Below, piece by piece: positions 38,211-51,907 of a stretch of 64,000 nucleotides of DNA. Under the pieces are notes generated by a model. That model made no database searches. It was not told the origin of the DNA and saw only the letters and a program-made list of their open reading frames with translations. The stretch spans positions 17,422,001-17,486,000 of the forward strand of contig OZ316775.1 in the NCBI GenBank assembly GCA_973851085.1, in the 5' to 3' direction. The DNA is from Ptychomitrium polyphyllum (lineage: Eukaryota). A program made the position numbers and the translations under genes. How positions within the stretch are numbered: the stretch's first letter is position 1; each line of letters starts with the position of its first letter.

Positions 38211-41200
38211 TAAGCAAGCCAAGAAAAGAGCTCCTCATGGGACTCGTCGCTAAATGGGGAGGTGATGTCATAGACAAAGATCATGCAATATAGTCCTTAG
38301 AGCATTCTATAACCTCCTAGTATACCATAATAGCTTCTTAGATACTTTTAAATGTCTCCGTAGCGTTTCCATGTTCTTAAGAAGCTTCTTCAAAAAATTT
38401 CTTCATCCTAGAAAACTTTGGAGGAAGGTTTTATCATCTTAGAAAGCTTCCTAGAAAGGTTCTATCTCTTCAAGAAACTTCTTAAGAAGGTTCCACTACC
38501 TTGGTGTACTTCCAAGGAAGGTTGCAACTCTTTGGAAGCTTTTTAGGAAGGTTCCATCATCTTAGGAAACTTCTTGGAAAGGTTCTTTAGACTTCTAGAA
38601 CATTCTTAAGCCTTGTAGAAAGCTTCTTTAGAAGTATCCTAGGAGATACAAATGTCATAGTATAAATAGGAGGAAAGACAAGGTATTCCTTAGTCTTGCC
38701 AACACAAGTTGTGGATTATCTTGAATCTTGCCTTGCTCTAGTCTTTATATCAAGTTCTTAATAATCATTAGCTCTTTGGAAGCTAATTCTTGGATAACAC
38801 AATGTTTTTGCTTCTTGTTTCTTGTGTTTGTAATAATGCTAAATGTCAATTTGGTTCCAACTTTCTTAAAGAAATATTTCCAAAAATCACTAGTAAATTT
38901 TGAAATTTGGTTTGACATAATCACTTTCAGCTACCTATGATGTTTCTACCATGCATCAAAGAATAGCTTTGCGGTCTCATGTGCAATTACGGTTTATCTA
39001 GTTGGCACCATTTGCGCCAACTTCCTAATGCAATCCACCATCACAAAGATGGCATCATGCCGTTATGATTCTGGAAGACTTGTCATGAAGTCCATGGACA
39101 CGCTGTGCCGTGGACCCGGCAAAATTGGCCAAGGTTGTAGTAGACCGGCTTGCTTTTGATAAGAGGCTCAATTGAGTCGGTACTTTACACTAGTTTTCAC
39201 AAAGTCGGTGATCTTTGCTTTCATGCCCGGCCAATAGTACCTTCTTAGCACCGCTGCTATGGTGGATTTTTTCCCTTCATGGCCGGCTATGGGTCTATCA
39301 TGTTCTGCTTTCAAAACCAGCAACCATAGTTTTCCCCGAGGCACATACATCCAACTTTATTTGCACTTGGGTAATCTCTTCTCCAACTCAATTTCCTTAA
39401 GTTTCTTATCCATCTTAAGCTCGCCAAGAAGCCTTTGTGCTTTGGATTCCTTCATGTACTCCTCTCTTATCTTCCTTTCCAAATTGCCTTCTCCCTTGTA
39501 TATTCCTCATAAGACTTAGGTTGTGCTCATTGCTTACAACTCTTTTAGCCTACTTAAAGCATCCGGCATTACATTGTCACGCCCCGCCTTATGGATCAAA
39601 TTACATTCATGAGTGCCAAGGTGTCATGCCACCTCAATTGTTTTGCACTCATTTGTGCTTGTGACTCAAATTCATCCCATATTTGGCTAGCTCTTTCTTC
39701 AACAAGTCGGACAAAGGTCTAGTAATTTTGGAGAAGTTGCGTATGAACCTCCAATAATAATTTGCTAGGCCGAGAAATAATCTCAGTCCCTTTTGTGTAA
39801 AAGGTTGTTTCCACTCTCTAATTGCCTTTATCTTCCTTATGTCCGGCTTGTTCCCATCATCCGTCACTATATGGCCCAAGAACTCAATCTCAAAATGAGC
39901 AAACTCACTCTTTTCTCCGCTGGCATATTGGTCCTTAAGTTTTTGAAGCACCACTTCGAGATGCCTTGGATGTTCTTCCGCCGACTTGGAGTACACGAAG
40001 ATGTCATCAATATAAACAATGACAAAGTCATCCATCTCTTCTTAAAAGATGGTATTCATGAGGGTTGTGAACGTCAAAGGAACATTACACAACCCAAATG
40101 GCATCACCAAAAATTCATAGGATCCATATCTAATGCGGCATGTGGTCTTTGGCACATCTTCAACCGCAATGTGGATTTAGTAGCCCAACTTCAAGTCTAT
40201 TCAACTAAAGTATTTAGTTCTTGCCAATCTATCAAAGAAGTTATCAATTTAAGGCAAAGGTTAGTTATTCTTGATAGTCGCTTTATTTAAGGCTTTATAG
40301 TCGACACACATGCGGAGCTTGCCATCCTATTTGTCTACAAAGAGGACCGCTACTCCATATGGCAACTTACTGGGCCTAATATAGCTTCTTTCCATCAAGT
40401 CATTCAACTGCTTCTTCAATTCTTCTAACTCTTTAGGTTCAACCGGTATAGAGCCTTTGAAGGCAGCTCTATCCCCAATATCACTTCAATTTTATGATCC
40501 ACTTCTTTTCGTGGCAATAATTCTGGGGGCTGCTCCTTTGTGAGCACATCCTTGTAATCACTTAGTACATTTTGAATGCACTTGGGAATAGTCCTCACCT
40601 CATTGGCACTTGGCCTATTCTCTTCTTCTTACTCCATTTGCATCACACCCACAAATTGATTATTCTCATATTGCTCTAAAGAGACTAAGTTCAACTTACC
40701 TCCTGCAACCATAGGAATCCTAGTCAACTTCAATTTTGCCTCCTTCCTACCACGGCGTATTACTAATCGTGCGGGCTTTTGCTTCACATCCAGTATATGA
40801 GTTTTAAAAAGGTATCACCTAAAATGAGGTCTACCTCATCCATCTCACATAGTGTAAAGCTTTCCTTCAAATCTAGTATCCCACTATTTAAGGCCACATT
40901 CAACACCACCTCCTTTGTCTCGTACACCTTGCCTTTTGCAAATTGCACGTTGATGGGCTTGCTAGCTTTTTGAACCGACAATTCCAACTTCCTTGCTAAC
41001 TTGGGACTCATAAGGAGTGCATTGCCCCTGTGTCAATCAAACATGATACATTTTGTCCATTTATTTGGGCCTCAAGGTATAAGAGACTCGACCTTGGCTT
41101 AAGGCTATGAACCATGGCCACAAATCCACCTTCTAAAATTTGATCCTTAATACAAGTGTGACAAGTTTTGGTACTCATTTTTTTATTGGAGCACTCCGCA

Positions 41201-42372
41201 ATGAAGTGATCAATCTTATTATACTCGTGGCAATGCTTGTGCTTCACCTCAGCACCCTTATCTCCTGATTTGAATGGTTTTTTTCCATGATGGTCCACTT
41301 TATTGTAGGCCCTTCCATCTACTTGTCCCTTGTGTTTGTTTCCAAAGCCAAATTTCTTGCATTCTCCACCGCGAGATACATTTTGGCTCAATCCACTTTG
41401 TTGAAAGAAACCACTTGATTTTTTTTGGGTCTGTTAGCTTCAATTCTTTCCGCAATCTTAATGATTCCCGTCACGTCTTTTGGAAGCTTTGGGAACTTGA
41501 ACAAGGCGTCCACCACCCACTTTTAAAATCCAGTAAAAGAGCTGCATTTCTCTGAAAACTCATCCATTCTGAATGTGGCATTTATTTGGACATTACAATC
41601 ACGCACATAAGTCTTGAGAGACTTGATGTGCCTCATTTGCACCAAGTTCAAGCCCTCCCTCAACTCTTGGTTTTCCGGACTGAAGCGTTCACTCAGAATC
41701 TCCTTAAAATCGACCTTTAACAAAGCTGCCACCAATTCCGACTCTTGCTCTTTTTTAGTTGTCCACCATTGAAGAGCTTGGTCTTTTAGAAAGGTCACCG
41801 CAATTAAAACCTTGTCCACCTCTTCCGACTTTTGAACATCATAGTAATTGTCCATTTCCAAAAAAAACTCTTTCACCTTCTTTGCTTTACCTAGCCCAGG
41901 ACAAGTGCTTGGCATGTTCACCTTGGCCAACTTTTTGGTTGAAGATGAGGGCCTGGAACCTTGTGCCATCAAGTGCTCAATCAATCTCTCTTGGCGGGCC
42001 CTTTTTTCCTTGCCACGCTTGAGTTCTTGGTTCATATTGTCCATAAACTCTAGCATTTTCATTCAAAAACTTAAGTTAGGTTCTTGATTCTCTAGGCCCT
42101 TAGGTGGCTTATGATTCCTAGCTCTTGAGTACTGTCTACCTTCCAACACTACGTCTTGTTGAGTTTCCTCAACTTCCTCGGTGACTCCAATCTCATTCCC
42201 TTGCTCACTGGAATAAAAGAATGGAGCTTCATTAATTAAATCAAGATCTTTATTCACCCTCTTGCGTAGTCGTTTAGAATCCTTGTGCTCTTTGCCATCA
42301 CCGGCCTTCTTCTTATCCATTGTTTCTTCGCAACGTAGCACTTAGATACCTAAAGCATGCTCTGATACCAAA

Positions 42373-43188
42373 TGTTGCAATCTTTGTAATGCACCTTAAC
42401 AACATCACGCGCGTCAACCCTGTACACCCCCATAATGCACATGGTTAACCTTTATTTTCACTCTCCAAGTCTCAGGCTTGGTTTCCAATTTCCCTTACCA
42501 TTTCTCTTAGGACATCCAATTGATTGGTAGCCAATGATTAGGTGCGGACTCCCACCCTTGGAAGGACCATTGGCCCTCTATAGCTGACTGAACTCCGACA
42601 CCCAAAAAACTTTGGAAGACCATCCGATCTTCCTTGGAACTTAGATGTTGGAAGCCTCCGGGACTTCCTATGGACCTACAGGGAGCCATATTTGCCATGT
42701 TTGGTGTCCGAATATATCAAGCAACCACTCTATTGTCATTTACGTTTTGCGTAGATGCCGATAGACTCCTCAAACGCATGACTTGACTTAGTGTTCTGAG
42801 AGATATGCCTATTCCAAGGTTTGGAACTCCTGGGGAGTCTCTCCCTGCATTGTCTTAGTCTAACACAGTCATAATCTAGGACTGCCACAGTCCAAAACAA
42901 CCTTTGGCAGCCTCAGCTTTGGAGTGCCATATCTTTTAGCTCCCTCGTCTGATTTGAGCAATCTTTAGCATTTTAGAGTTAACTTGTCGTGAGTCAACCA
43001 ATGCCTATAATTTCTTCTTTGTGGCTCTCAGTTTACATAGGCAAAGATATCTCTCCCTCTTAGAGTCTTTCCCACGCTAAATCCACTCGGTTCATCTCAT
43101 TATCAGCGCCATAAGTTCTGGATGTTACTCCAAGGTCCGCCTTGTGCCTTTAGTGTTGCTAGCACTTCTGAAAGAGAGGTGCGCAACA
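42373..43188 (-). repeat. 5' LTR of element C
   Basis: TGTTGC...GCAACA, adjacent to the tRNA-iMet PBS; ~330 bp shorter than the related solo LTR at 27376-28519. Confidence 0.9.
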
Positions 43189-46100
43189 CAATTTTATATT
43201 TAAATATTTGGTTTTTTTTTTTCTTGTAATTTCTAAATGAATTGATATTAATAAAATATTACCACCTTTGATTTGGCAATTAAAATTTATTAATATGTAA
43301 ATTTTGATTTTTTGATAGATTTTTTAAGAATATATAAATAGAATTGTATATATATAGCAAAAATTAATGACTTGTATTATTTGATTTTTGAAAGATTATC
43401 ACAACAAAAACTTTTAATATGTTTGAAATTTAATTCTTTTTTTTTAAAATTTTTTAAATTTTTATCGTTTAAGTAATTGCAAACATATAATTTTATAATG
43501 TCAATATAATCATTGACCTTTGGCAAATGATTAGGCATAGAATCATGCAATTAATTGATTAATAATAAAGTATTTTGAAAATTAAGTTTGGATCTAAAGC
43601 TTATATTTGGTTATATTTGTCAAGTTGCATTAGTGAATAAAAAATGGCTAAAAAAATATTAAAAATCCAATATCTTCAAATAAGATTAAGTTTTATTTTT
43701 TTAGAATATAATCAATGAAATCTGAAATTTGAATCAGTATTTGGTGCTCCATTTTGCAAATAGAATATTTTGATTACCCTTCATTTATTTATATATATGT
43801 ATATATGTATATATATGTTTTGACAAAGAAACATATATATTTATAAATGATTTAAAGGAAGGCAAGTTACACAATTATTTTATTTAGATATTGTATAAGA
43901 TATTTATACTTAATTGTGTTCAATAGGCTTTAAAAGAAATTAGAAGTTGTAATGATATAAGGAAATTTTTTTAAATGGTTATACATATCAAAGGTATTAA
44001 AATAATTTATACAATTCTTTTGATAAATTCAAATAATTACATATTTCCAATTTCAATTGACTCTAACATTAATGATGTTTTTAATATCTCTGTATGTCAT
44101 GGTAGCACATATTTGTAATTATTTTATGTAAATTGAAAATTATTTACTTAGTAAGTTATTTTAAAATAAATTGATTTTCCAGACACCCTGATGCTTCTAT
44201 TCAATGTGACTAAAAAATAATTCCAACACATTTTGTAACAAATTGCTTACCCTGTGTAGATTAATTTTTAATTTCCTAAGCAGTTACAGTAGATATATTT
44301 GAAAGTTCCTCAATAACTTTGAATTCGAATTTTATACATTCTTAAAACCAATATTTAATCTATTTATAAGATTTATAAGAGAAACAATCAAATGAGGATT
44401 CAATTGAATGGAGGATACAATTTTGAAATAAGTATTGTTACCTTATATGTTTTAACATTTATGAATTATAATGATCTCTGATGAATTATGATGAATTGTA
44501 GTGGATTAAAATTATTAAAATTGTCTAGTTAAATAAGGATTTGGAATTCAACAAAAGAAAAGATTAAAATTCTTAAATTTTATCTTTTTTAATGTTCATT
44601 TGTATTCTCTTCAACATCCAAGTTGACCTTTCATGTTCAAAGCCTGAAAATAGCAGCATGTAAAGGTAAAATCCAAGATAATTCTAAATTTGAAAAGATT
44701 AATAAGACTTCTTATGCTCCAAAAATGATGAAAAATTTGTATTCTTGTACCTTGTTATTAAATAATTGTTTATTTTTGTGGTTTTAAAGGACTAAATTGA
44801 TCCTTGAACATCCATAATATAAAACAAAGGTTCTCCTTGTATAATAGCCATGTTACCTTATTCAATCTTATTTGGATTTAGTGTCAATACCTATCATCCA
44901 AAATCCCTTTCAAGGATAAAATTCATTATTAAGATTGTTAATTTATGTAAACCATCTCCATAGCAATCTCCATAGCAAATTGTTAATTTATGTAAACCTT
45001 GAGTCAATTTAAAACAAAGAGATTGAACTTGAAGATTTCCAATTTTCAGTGTTCTTAACTTATTCACAAAATGTCTCAAAATCATTATTAGAATGTCTTA
45101 GAATTTTTTCTCTCATACACATGATGAATTTTTTTTAAATTGTGGTTTCTCAGTAGTAACTATACTGAGTTGAATTAAAGTCACAGGTATGGAGATTGCT
45201 ATGGAGATTGCTACTTTGAGACAACCCAATTTACCCCATTGCCAAGGAAAGTTATGAACCCATGTACATTAATGCAAATGCACCTTTAGTAAAGCTTTGG
45301 TTTGTCACCGAATATAACTAGTAGTTACTGGTGTTAAATTGTGCATTGCAATTTTCTCTTCAATAGAAGTAAATGCACAGAAGTAAGTAGATTCTTTGTG
45401 TATGCAGGTCATAGGATCAGATCTTCTCTCTCTCACTGTACATTTTACTGCAATTGAATTTCATATTATTGGGTATAAATGCCCCTTCATTCCACACAAT
45501 TGTTGCAGAGACTGTGGTTCTATGCTTCAACTCTAATAATCTTCAGAAGGTCCATATGATGGGCAAGTGCTGGGCCATGTGTCAGTATTGAAGGTCCTGG
45601 GATGTACATACGGATCATACCTTTGAAGTACTTGAGGGACAATAAGGAAGTGACAAGATGAGGGCAATTGGACAATGACATGCTGACTCCCATAGTTCCC
45701 TTGTTGCAATCCTTCTCAAGCCTTTTGTGGACTAGGGCAATATTTGCTCTTTTACAGCAGCAGGTGTCAGTCAGTGTCCTTTCCTCAGAACTTTATAATT
45801 CACCAATAATGTCCAGAACAACCCATTGCATGCAAAGTAAACATTGTTCCATCTCTTACCTTGTCAATGCATTTCCCTGTGGATACGTGAGTGACAAGCT
45901 GTAATTACCTTCTACCTATAAGTGTAAAATGGGTTTGTCATGGGTGCCATTCTTTCAACCATGTTACACATATGCAAATCCTAACAACCAAATGGCAAAT
46001 TGAACCCTTAATTGTAAGTTTTGCCAACTGTATGTGGAAAAGTGTAAATTTTGTTTGGCATCCTCAACCCTAGCATTATGGCAATGGAGCATTGAAACTC

Positions 46101-49100
46101 AACCACCTGAGCAGGCCAGAAATCCCAAACCTCATTCTCATCCAGATTCTGCATGATGGTGTGGTCATCTCACTCTCTTAAGCATTTGGTCCCTCCCTTT
46201 GGCCAGTTTTCATCCAGCACACCAAGTTACTCACTTCTGGTACCTTGTGTTACCCCACCAGAAGCACTGTCTTAAAACATGGTCATTCCACCTTACTCTT
46301 TGCCTGTGGAGCCAATAAGGATAGTAAGTCACTTTCTACAAACTCACCACAACTGAGGGGTTGAAAAAAGAGTACCTGTTTAGGGCCTGTTTATTCTGAA
46401 AATCAATAGTAAAAAAAACGAATTTCAATCCAAATTTTGAAAATATTCAAAACTTTTCTGAAAGTTACTCACTTCTAAAGCATTCTCAACAAAAGGTCAG
46501 TCTGTAAATGTTATGGCAGCATTTAAAAGTAACGTGAATTGAAAAAAGACTACAAAATGAAACAAACTATTATTTCAATACCATCTCAAAATAAATTAGC
46601 AACTAATTTGTTCAAAATTACCTCATAAGGAAATTTTCAACATACAAACTACAAAGATGTCTTCATTAACAAACTAGAACATTGCCATTTTAGAAATGTA
46701 TAATTACTTGGAATCAGAGCTATAATTTTAAAAATGTGGCCATTTCAAAGTTATTTTTTTTGGTAAATACTTAGCAAAGTACAAATTAAATGGAAAATCA
46801 ACTAGGAAAAAACATATTTAACAAGGATCCAATATCCTTATCAGAAGAAAAGCTCTATGACAAATAGTTTTTGGTTTTTTTAATTGTTATTTAGTTTGTT
46901 TATTCACGTCCAAATTTTTTGTAGACCCACTTTGTTGAGCTGGGCTGAATCAACTTTCACAGGAGACCAAACCATGGTACTTTTGTTGCTACATAAACAA
47001 AGAATATGTTCCACTTCTTCTTATCTTCTAGATGGTATAAAACTTATATACATGACTTATATTTCAATACAATGACCTTATTATTCTCCATATCAACCCT
47101 ATTTACCAAATAACATAATTACTACAAGCATAGATTGGATGTGATAAATAGTATTTTGTTTTAAATATTAAAATTGGAACTTATAGAATTGATAGGATAT
47201 AAAAGAATTAAAATAATTTAAAAAAGACATATTAACTTATAGAATTGATAGGATATATACTTTGTCAAAATTTGATTTTTAAAAATCTTTCAAGAAAAAA
47301 GATAATAAATTATATGTTCAACACTAAATATTAACCATTTTCAATGTTGATCTTTAATGTCACTTTGATTTTGATATTCAAAAACTTTACAGCAAATTGA
47401 TGAAAAATATGATTTATAAAATATTTAAAATAATTAAAATGATTATTTTTTATAGCCATTGTAAAAAATACTATTTTCTCTTATAGCTATTGATGGTATG
47501 ATAAATGAAAAACATACGGTGATTTATGACTAATTTATAAACTTAGTTTTTACTTTTAAACCAAGCATGAAGATAGCTTTTAGTTATCACTCAAAAAAAA
47601 TAGTTACCATGACATTTATATTGTAATGATTTGAATTTTGAAATAGATAATCTTATTTTTTGTTTGTTTTTATATTCAATTAAATGAATTAAAGGATGTT
47701 TTTGTATTAAAACATAAAAATTCTTTGTTGCAAACAAATTATATAATTAAACACATATGTAAGCATGAGGACATGGAATCCAAAGCTAAAAATGGCTACT
47801 CATATAATATTAAAATCTTGATTAATTTCATTTTATTTACAAATTATTAAGAGTATTATCAATATAGGACAATGAAAAAATGTCTTATAAATATGGATAT
47901 TTATTTATCAATGTAAGTAGAAAATAAGTTGTCATACTTATTTTTTCTTTATTTCATCCAAAAAAAAGATTCCAAATTGCAACATTGCTTGATTAAATTT
48001 TAATTAAATAATTTAAAAAAAAATTAAGATTATATTCATTTATTATATACAGTATGATACATGGAATTGGCATTACTTAATACATATATGTTTACATATC
48101 AATACGTATTAATATTGTACAATCAATTAGCATCACATGAATTCACATAAATCAATCCACTTGCTAGTGCCACTTTAGCTGCCTTTATGGTTAAGAACTT
48201 TGTCCTATTTCAAACAGATTTTGACAAATCATGCTACATTTGTGTTACAGCTTAATTCTTTCATAGCACTCCTATGAACATATTTCTCTAAGCCCCTTCA
48301 CTTGCCTCAACTCTGCCTTAGAAGAACAGGTGTGTTACATCTTCATGGCTTCAATAACATGTGGTCCCAGTCACAACAATCAAATTCAACAGCAATAGAA
48401 AGCAGCTTATGAGGATCAAGGATTCCAACGGATTCCAATTTATTTTGTGACTTTATCCAGTGAGCATTATGGGTGTTGATACTTAGATACTACCAAAGCT
48501 ACTTCAGTGGTTACCTTGCCATTGAGCTTCTTTTTGCATTATTCAATGATGGGGCCAACTCCTTTTAAGGCTCATCACCACAAAAGAATTTTCATGTTTC
48601 TCATCCACTACTTATTGCTGAGCATGTGATGAGATGGTTTTCATGCATTTCCCGCTTAGTCCCAGGTACTAGCTGGGATGTTATTCCCTTTGCAGGTTTG
48701 ACCCTTCTACTTGAAGATCCATGCCACATTCATGGGGTGAAAGCTTCAAGATAAGTGACACTCAAACAACAACTTCTTGAATTCAACACATGCATGATAC
48801 AGTACAAAGTAACCAGCTTAGCATGACTACCCATCATACATAGTCCACTCTTCAAATGAGACCTTTCAATAGGACACCTGTTACTTTGTAGAGGGGTGCC
48901 TCTGGGGACGAGTATCATGTGATTCAGTTGTAACACAAGAGCTAGTGAAAGTGGAAGACATATCACAACAACAACTCACCTTTGGAAGAATTTGACTACT
49001 CAAATTAAAGGAAGAGAAATAAAAAATTTATTCCTTTGAACTAGCCTTCTGGAACATTCAACATGCCTTTAGGCTGACAACATTCCCTAAAATCCTTTTC

Positions 49101-51907
49101 ACACCCGCACACCCAGCGAATCATGACAAATGCATAATTCTCTGTAAAATGCCCACCAGCAGCCTCGCGATAGTTCCGGCGAGAACACGGCATAAATGAT
49201 GCTCACTTTCGAAAGGAAGTTTTCAAAGGGCAGATCAACACATACAGACTGTAATCAACCCCTCGGGCAGTTCGAAAAGCGTCAAAGCGTCAAAGGGGCA
49301 GCGTGCGCATGAAGCTCTGCTCATCGAAAACCGTCACTGCATCCAGAAACCGTCAATCTCTAAAGGATTTGTACATTTCACGACTCAAACTCGCCATAAT
49401 GTATGTTATATACACTGTGACAAACCGTCACTGCATTCCCATTTAACATTGTCTTAGCCACCCGTAGATTTCAGAAAGTGAAATATTCCCTACCTGCAGA
49501 GAACGTCAAGTTTGGAATTCAGTAACGGGTTTCGGAATGTACAGCTGCTCACCGTTCGTCCGCGGCCTTCCTGCCCTCGGCTGCCGCTGCGGGTGATACG
49601 CCCCTTCCAGCAGCCGATGAGGTTCGGGGAGGGTTCGCCCGGGCAATGTGAAGGAACGTAAATGGAGGATCCACGGAACAGGCCAGTGCAGTACGTATAT
49701 GATTACTCGCGAGGCCCGCTGTTATTGTTCCAGTGTGCCGCCATGGACAGTTGAGTGCCAAAGCGATCTACTGTGGACAGGGTGCCAAGGGTAATTTGGA
49801 GTTCATTCGCACAGTAACTTGTTCGAGTGGGAGGGTGAGACCGCTTGGCAGCCGGAGGATGAGTTGAGCGAAGGGCGGGGATTGGAAAGGAATCGAGACG
49901 AGGTCGCGCTTTTTATCCTTACATGTGGGCATGGTGGAGTGCAGAGCTCTGATAAGCAGGGGCGAGCGCATTGCGATGGAGTTTTAACCGTAGTTCACGC
50001 GGGAGGGGCGGAAGGGGGAGGGGGATTTGGGGGGGCGCTGGTGGGGGGTGTCGGGAGTGGGAGGTGCGTCTGTGTCCGAGCACAAACGCGTTGCTGATGA
50101 GGAGGACGAATTCGTTGCTGTGACCGATGAAAGTTGGTGGATCTGCTGGTTGCGAGAGAGTGCGGCGTGCATTTCGCGAGCCTCAGGGTTTTGGTGAGGA
50201 GGCTGGGCATGGGAGCGAGATGTGCAGTTGATCGGCCGACCGTCTGACGGTGAGGTCGCGCGCTCCGGTGGAGTTGTAAAGCTCTCGCTCGTGCGGTTCT
50301 AACGAACTTCCCACCATTCCTGCGGCGATTCCGGTGGCGAACTAGGTTCGTTGCGAACTCCATTGCCAGTTGGTTCCGTTCTGGTCATGTTGTTGAAGGA
50401 GCGCGCGTGTTTTTGTCGCATTTCGCCATCTCTTGTTGCTGCTGGTGCCATGGCGGCGGCACTCTGTTTTGCGATGGTGATCTGGTGATTTGGCACCCCC
50501 CTCTCTCGACCAGCAGGTTTCGTTTGCTGAGAGCGCATCTACAGCAATTCTGCATTGGTTTATTGACTTGGCTAACTATCGTATGTGTCTTTTGTTACTG
50601 GATTTTACTAAGTTGTGGCGGTTTTTCGTGTCTGGCACTGCCTTGTGACCTCTTGTGATTCTACTTGGAGCGTTTTGACCTCGCAGGAATGCTAGTCAAG
50701 CTGAAGGTCTACACAGTGGATATATGTTATTGCATGTGCTAGTTGACATTCTCTCTCTTCTTTTCTGGATAGGTGCCTGTGTTGTGAGGATCTGGAGACT
50801 CGCGCTTCTGTACATGTTTGCTGGCATCGTTCATCTGAATGTCGAACTATCAAAGGCTAGATACATAGGTGGTCCTTTCTCATAGTTCGTCTGAATACTC
50901 ACAAGACTTCTGATCACCATTTTCAGCTAACGAGGGATGTTGCAGACGTTGTCGTCGGAATGTTGAGTACCTTCTGACGATATTTCATTAGCAGCTTGCC
51001 ATCATCCGTTGTCATGTGATGGTTTTCGTCTTGCCAGGCATCACAGATGCATACTTGATTGTGGAAAATATTGATATGGATCGTTTGAAGGCCATGTCTA
51101 TGCGGGTGTCGCTTATTTCTCCGAGATCCAAATTATTTTGATCCGCTTGGATCGTGACTGTCCGGAAAATAACCTGAGGATTAGTCATTTTGTAGAAACT
51201 TTATTATTCTAAACGTTGATTGCCGTTGAGTTTCCTTCGTACATCTCCAGTTCATGTACCGGTTTTTGGTTTCTCTTTCCTCTTGTCTTTCTTTAGACAG
51301 CTCCTGGAAGTCTGTTTTGGTTGGTTTCAAGATCCTCGTTCGAGGAGTTGCGATTATTTTTGCTTGTTTTTCGATGTCTTTATTGGATTTGGTTTTTCGA
51401 AGGATCCTTTCTTAAGCTTTATGTATGAAAGTGGCGTTGGTCATTAATATCAGAATTACTCGTGCTGTGATAAGTGAATAGTCTGAGTTGTCTCAGGTTT
51501 TGGAAACTGTAAGCCTCTTAATAACTAAGTCATTTATGTGCACAGTTGTGTTACTACCTCAGTGAACCGATTCCGTTCTCTGATACTGTCTCTTGCTTTT
51601 TATCAGATTTTTCGTGTGCTTTAATGATCCTTTGGTATTGCTTGTCCCTTATTTCAAAGGCGGATGCACTTAGGATTTTAAGAGATACAACTGGCATATA
51701 AAATGCTAGCGACGAGAACACTCCTTACGGTTTCTGTGAGAATGTGCTAAGCTTGCTGCTCTGGGTGGATATTGTGCGCAGTGTGTAAAACGTATTCGAA
51801 GACATCTCTTAGGTTTTGTTGGAGTGTGACGTTCTTTAAGAAGTTGGTTTGAAATCAAAACGAAGTTCTGAGATTTTGATCACGCTTTAAACATCAAAAA
51901 TTTGAAC

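Larger units (their letters stand above)
32455..38835 (+). mobile_element. Near full-length chromovirus (Tcn1/Tf1-like Ty3/gypsy), element B, pseudogenised
   Basis: LTRs 32455-33099 and 38266-38835, TSD GTGCT/ATGCT. gag 33321-, protease ~34280, RT ~34850-35600, RH, integrase 36383-37018 (SMDFITDLP, VSDRGPQF, QTDGQTERVN), chromodomain. PPT AAATGGGGAGGTGA. Confidence 0.95.
32124..43188 (-). mobile_element. Degenerate Ty3/gypsy element C (tRNA-iMet primed), interrupted by element B; 3' end missing
   Basis: 5' LTR 42373-43188 (TGTTGC...GCAACA) and PBS TGGTATCAGAGC (42359-42370). gag ~42062-41100 with CHEYNKIDHFIAEC knuckle, CLIDTGAMHS protease, VYIDDIFVYS RT, EHDRPIAGH...YYWP integrase, continuing at 32124-32454. 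Confidence 0.9.

Noticed and set aside
49549..50658. Cluster of overlapping short ORFs as protein genes
   Set aside because: They occur on both strands of a GC-rich island where stops are rare, and show no recognisable motifs.
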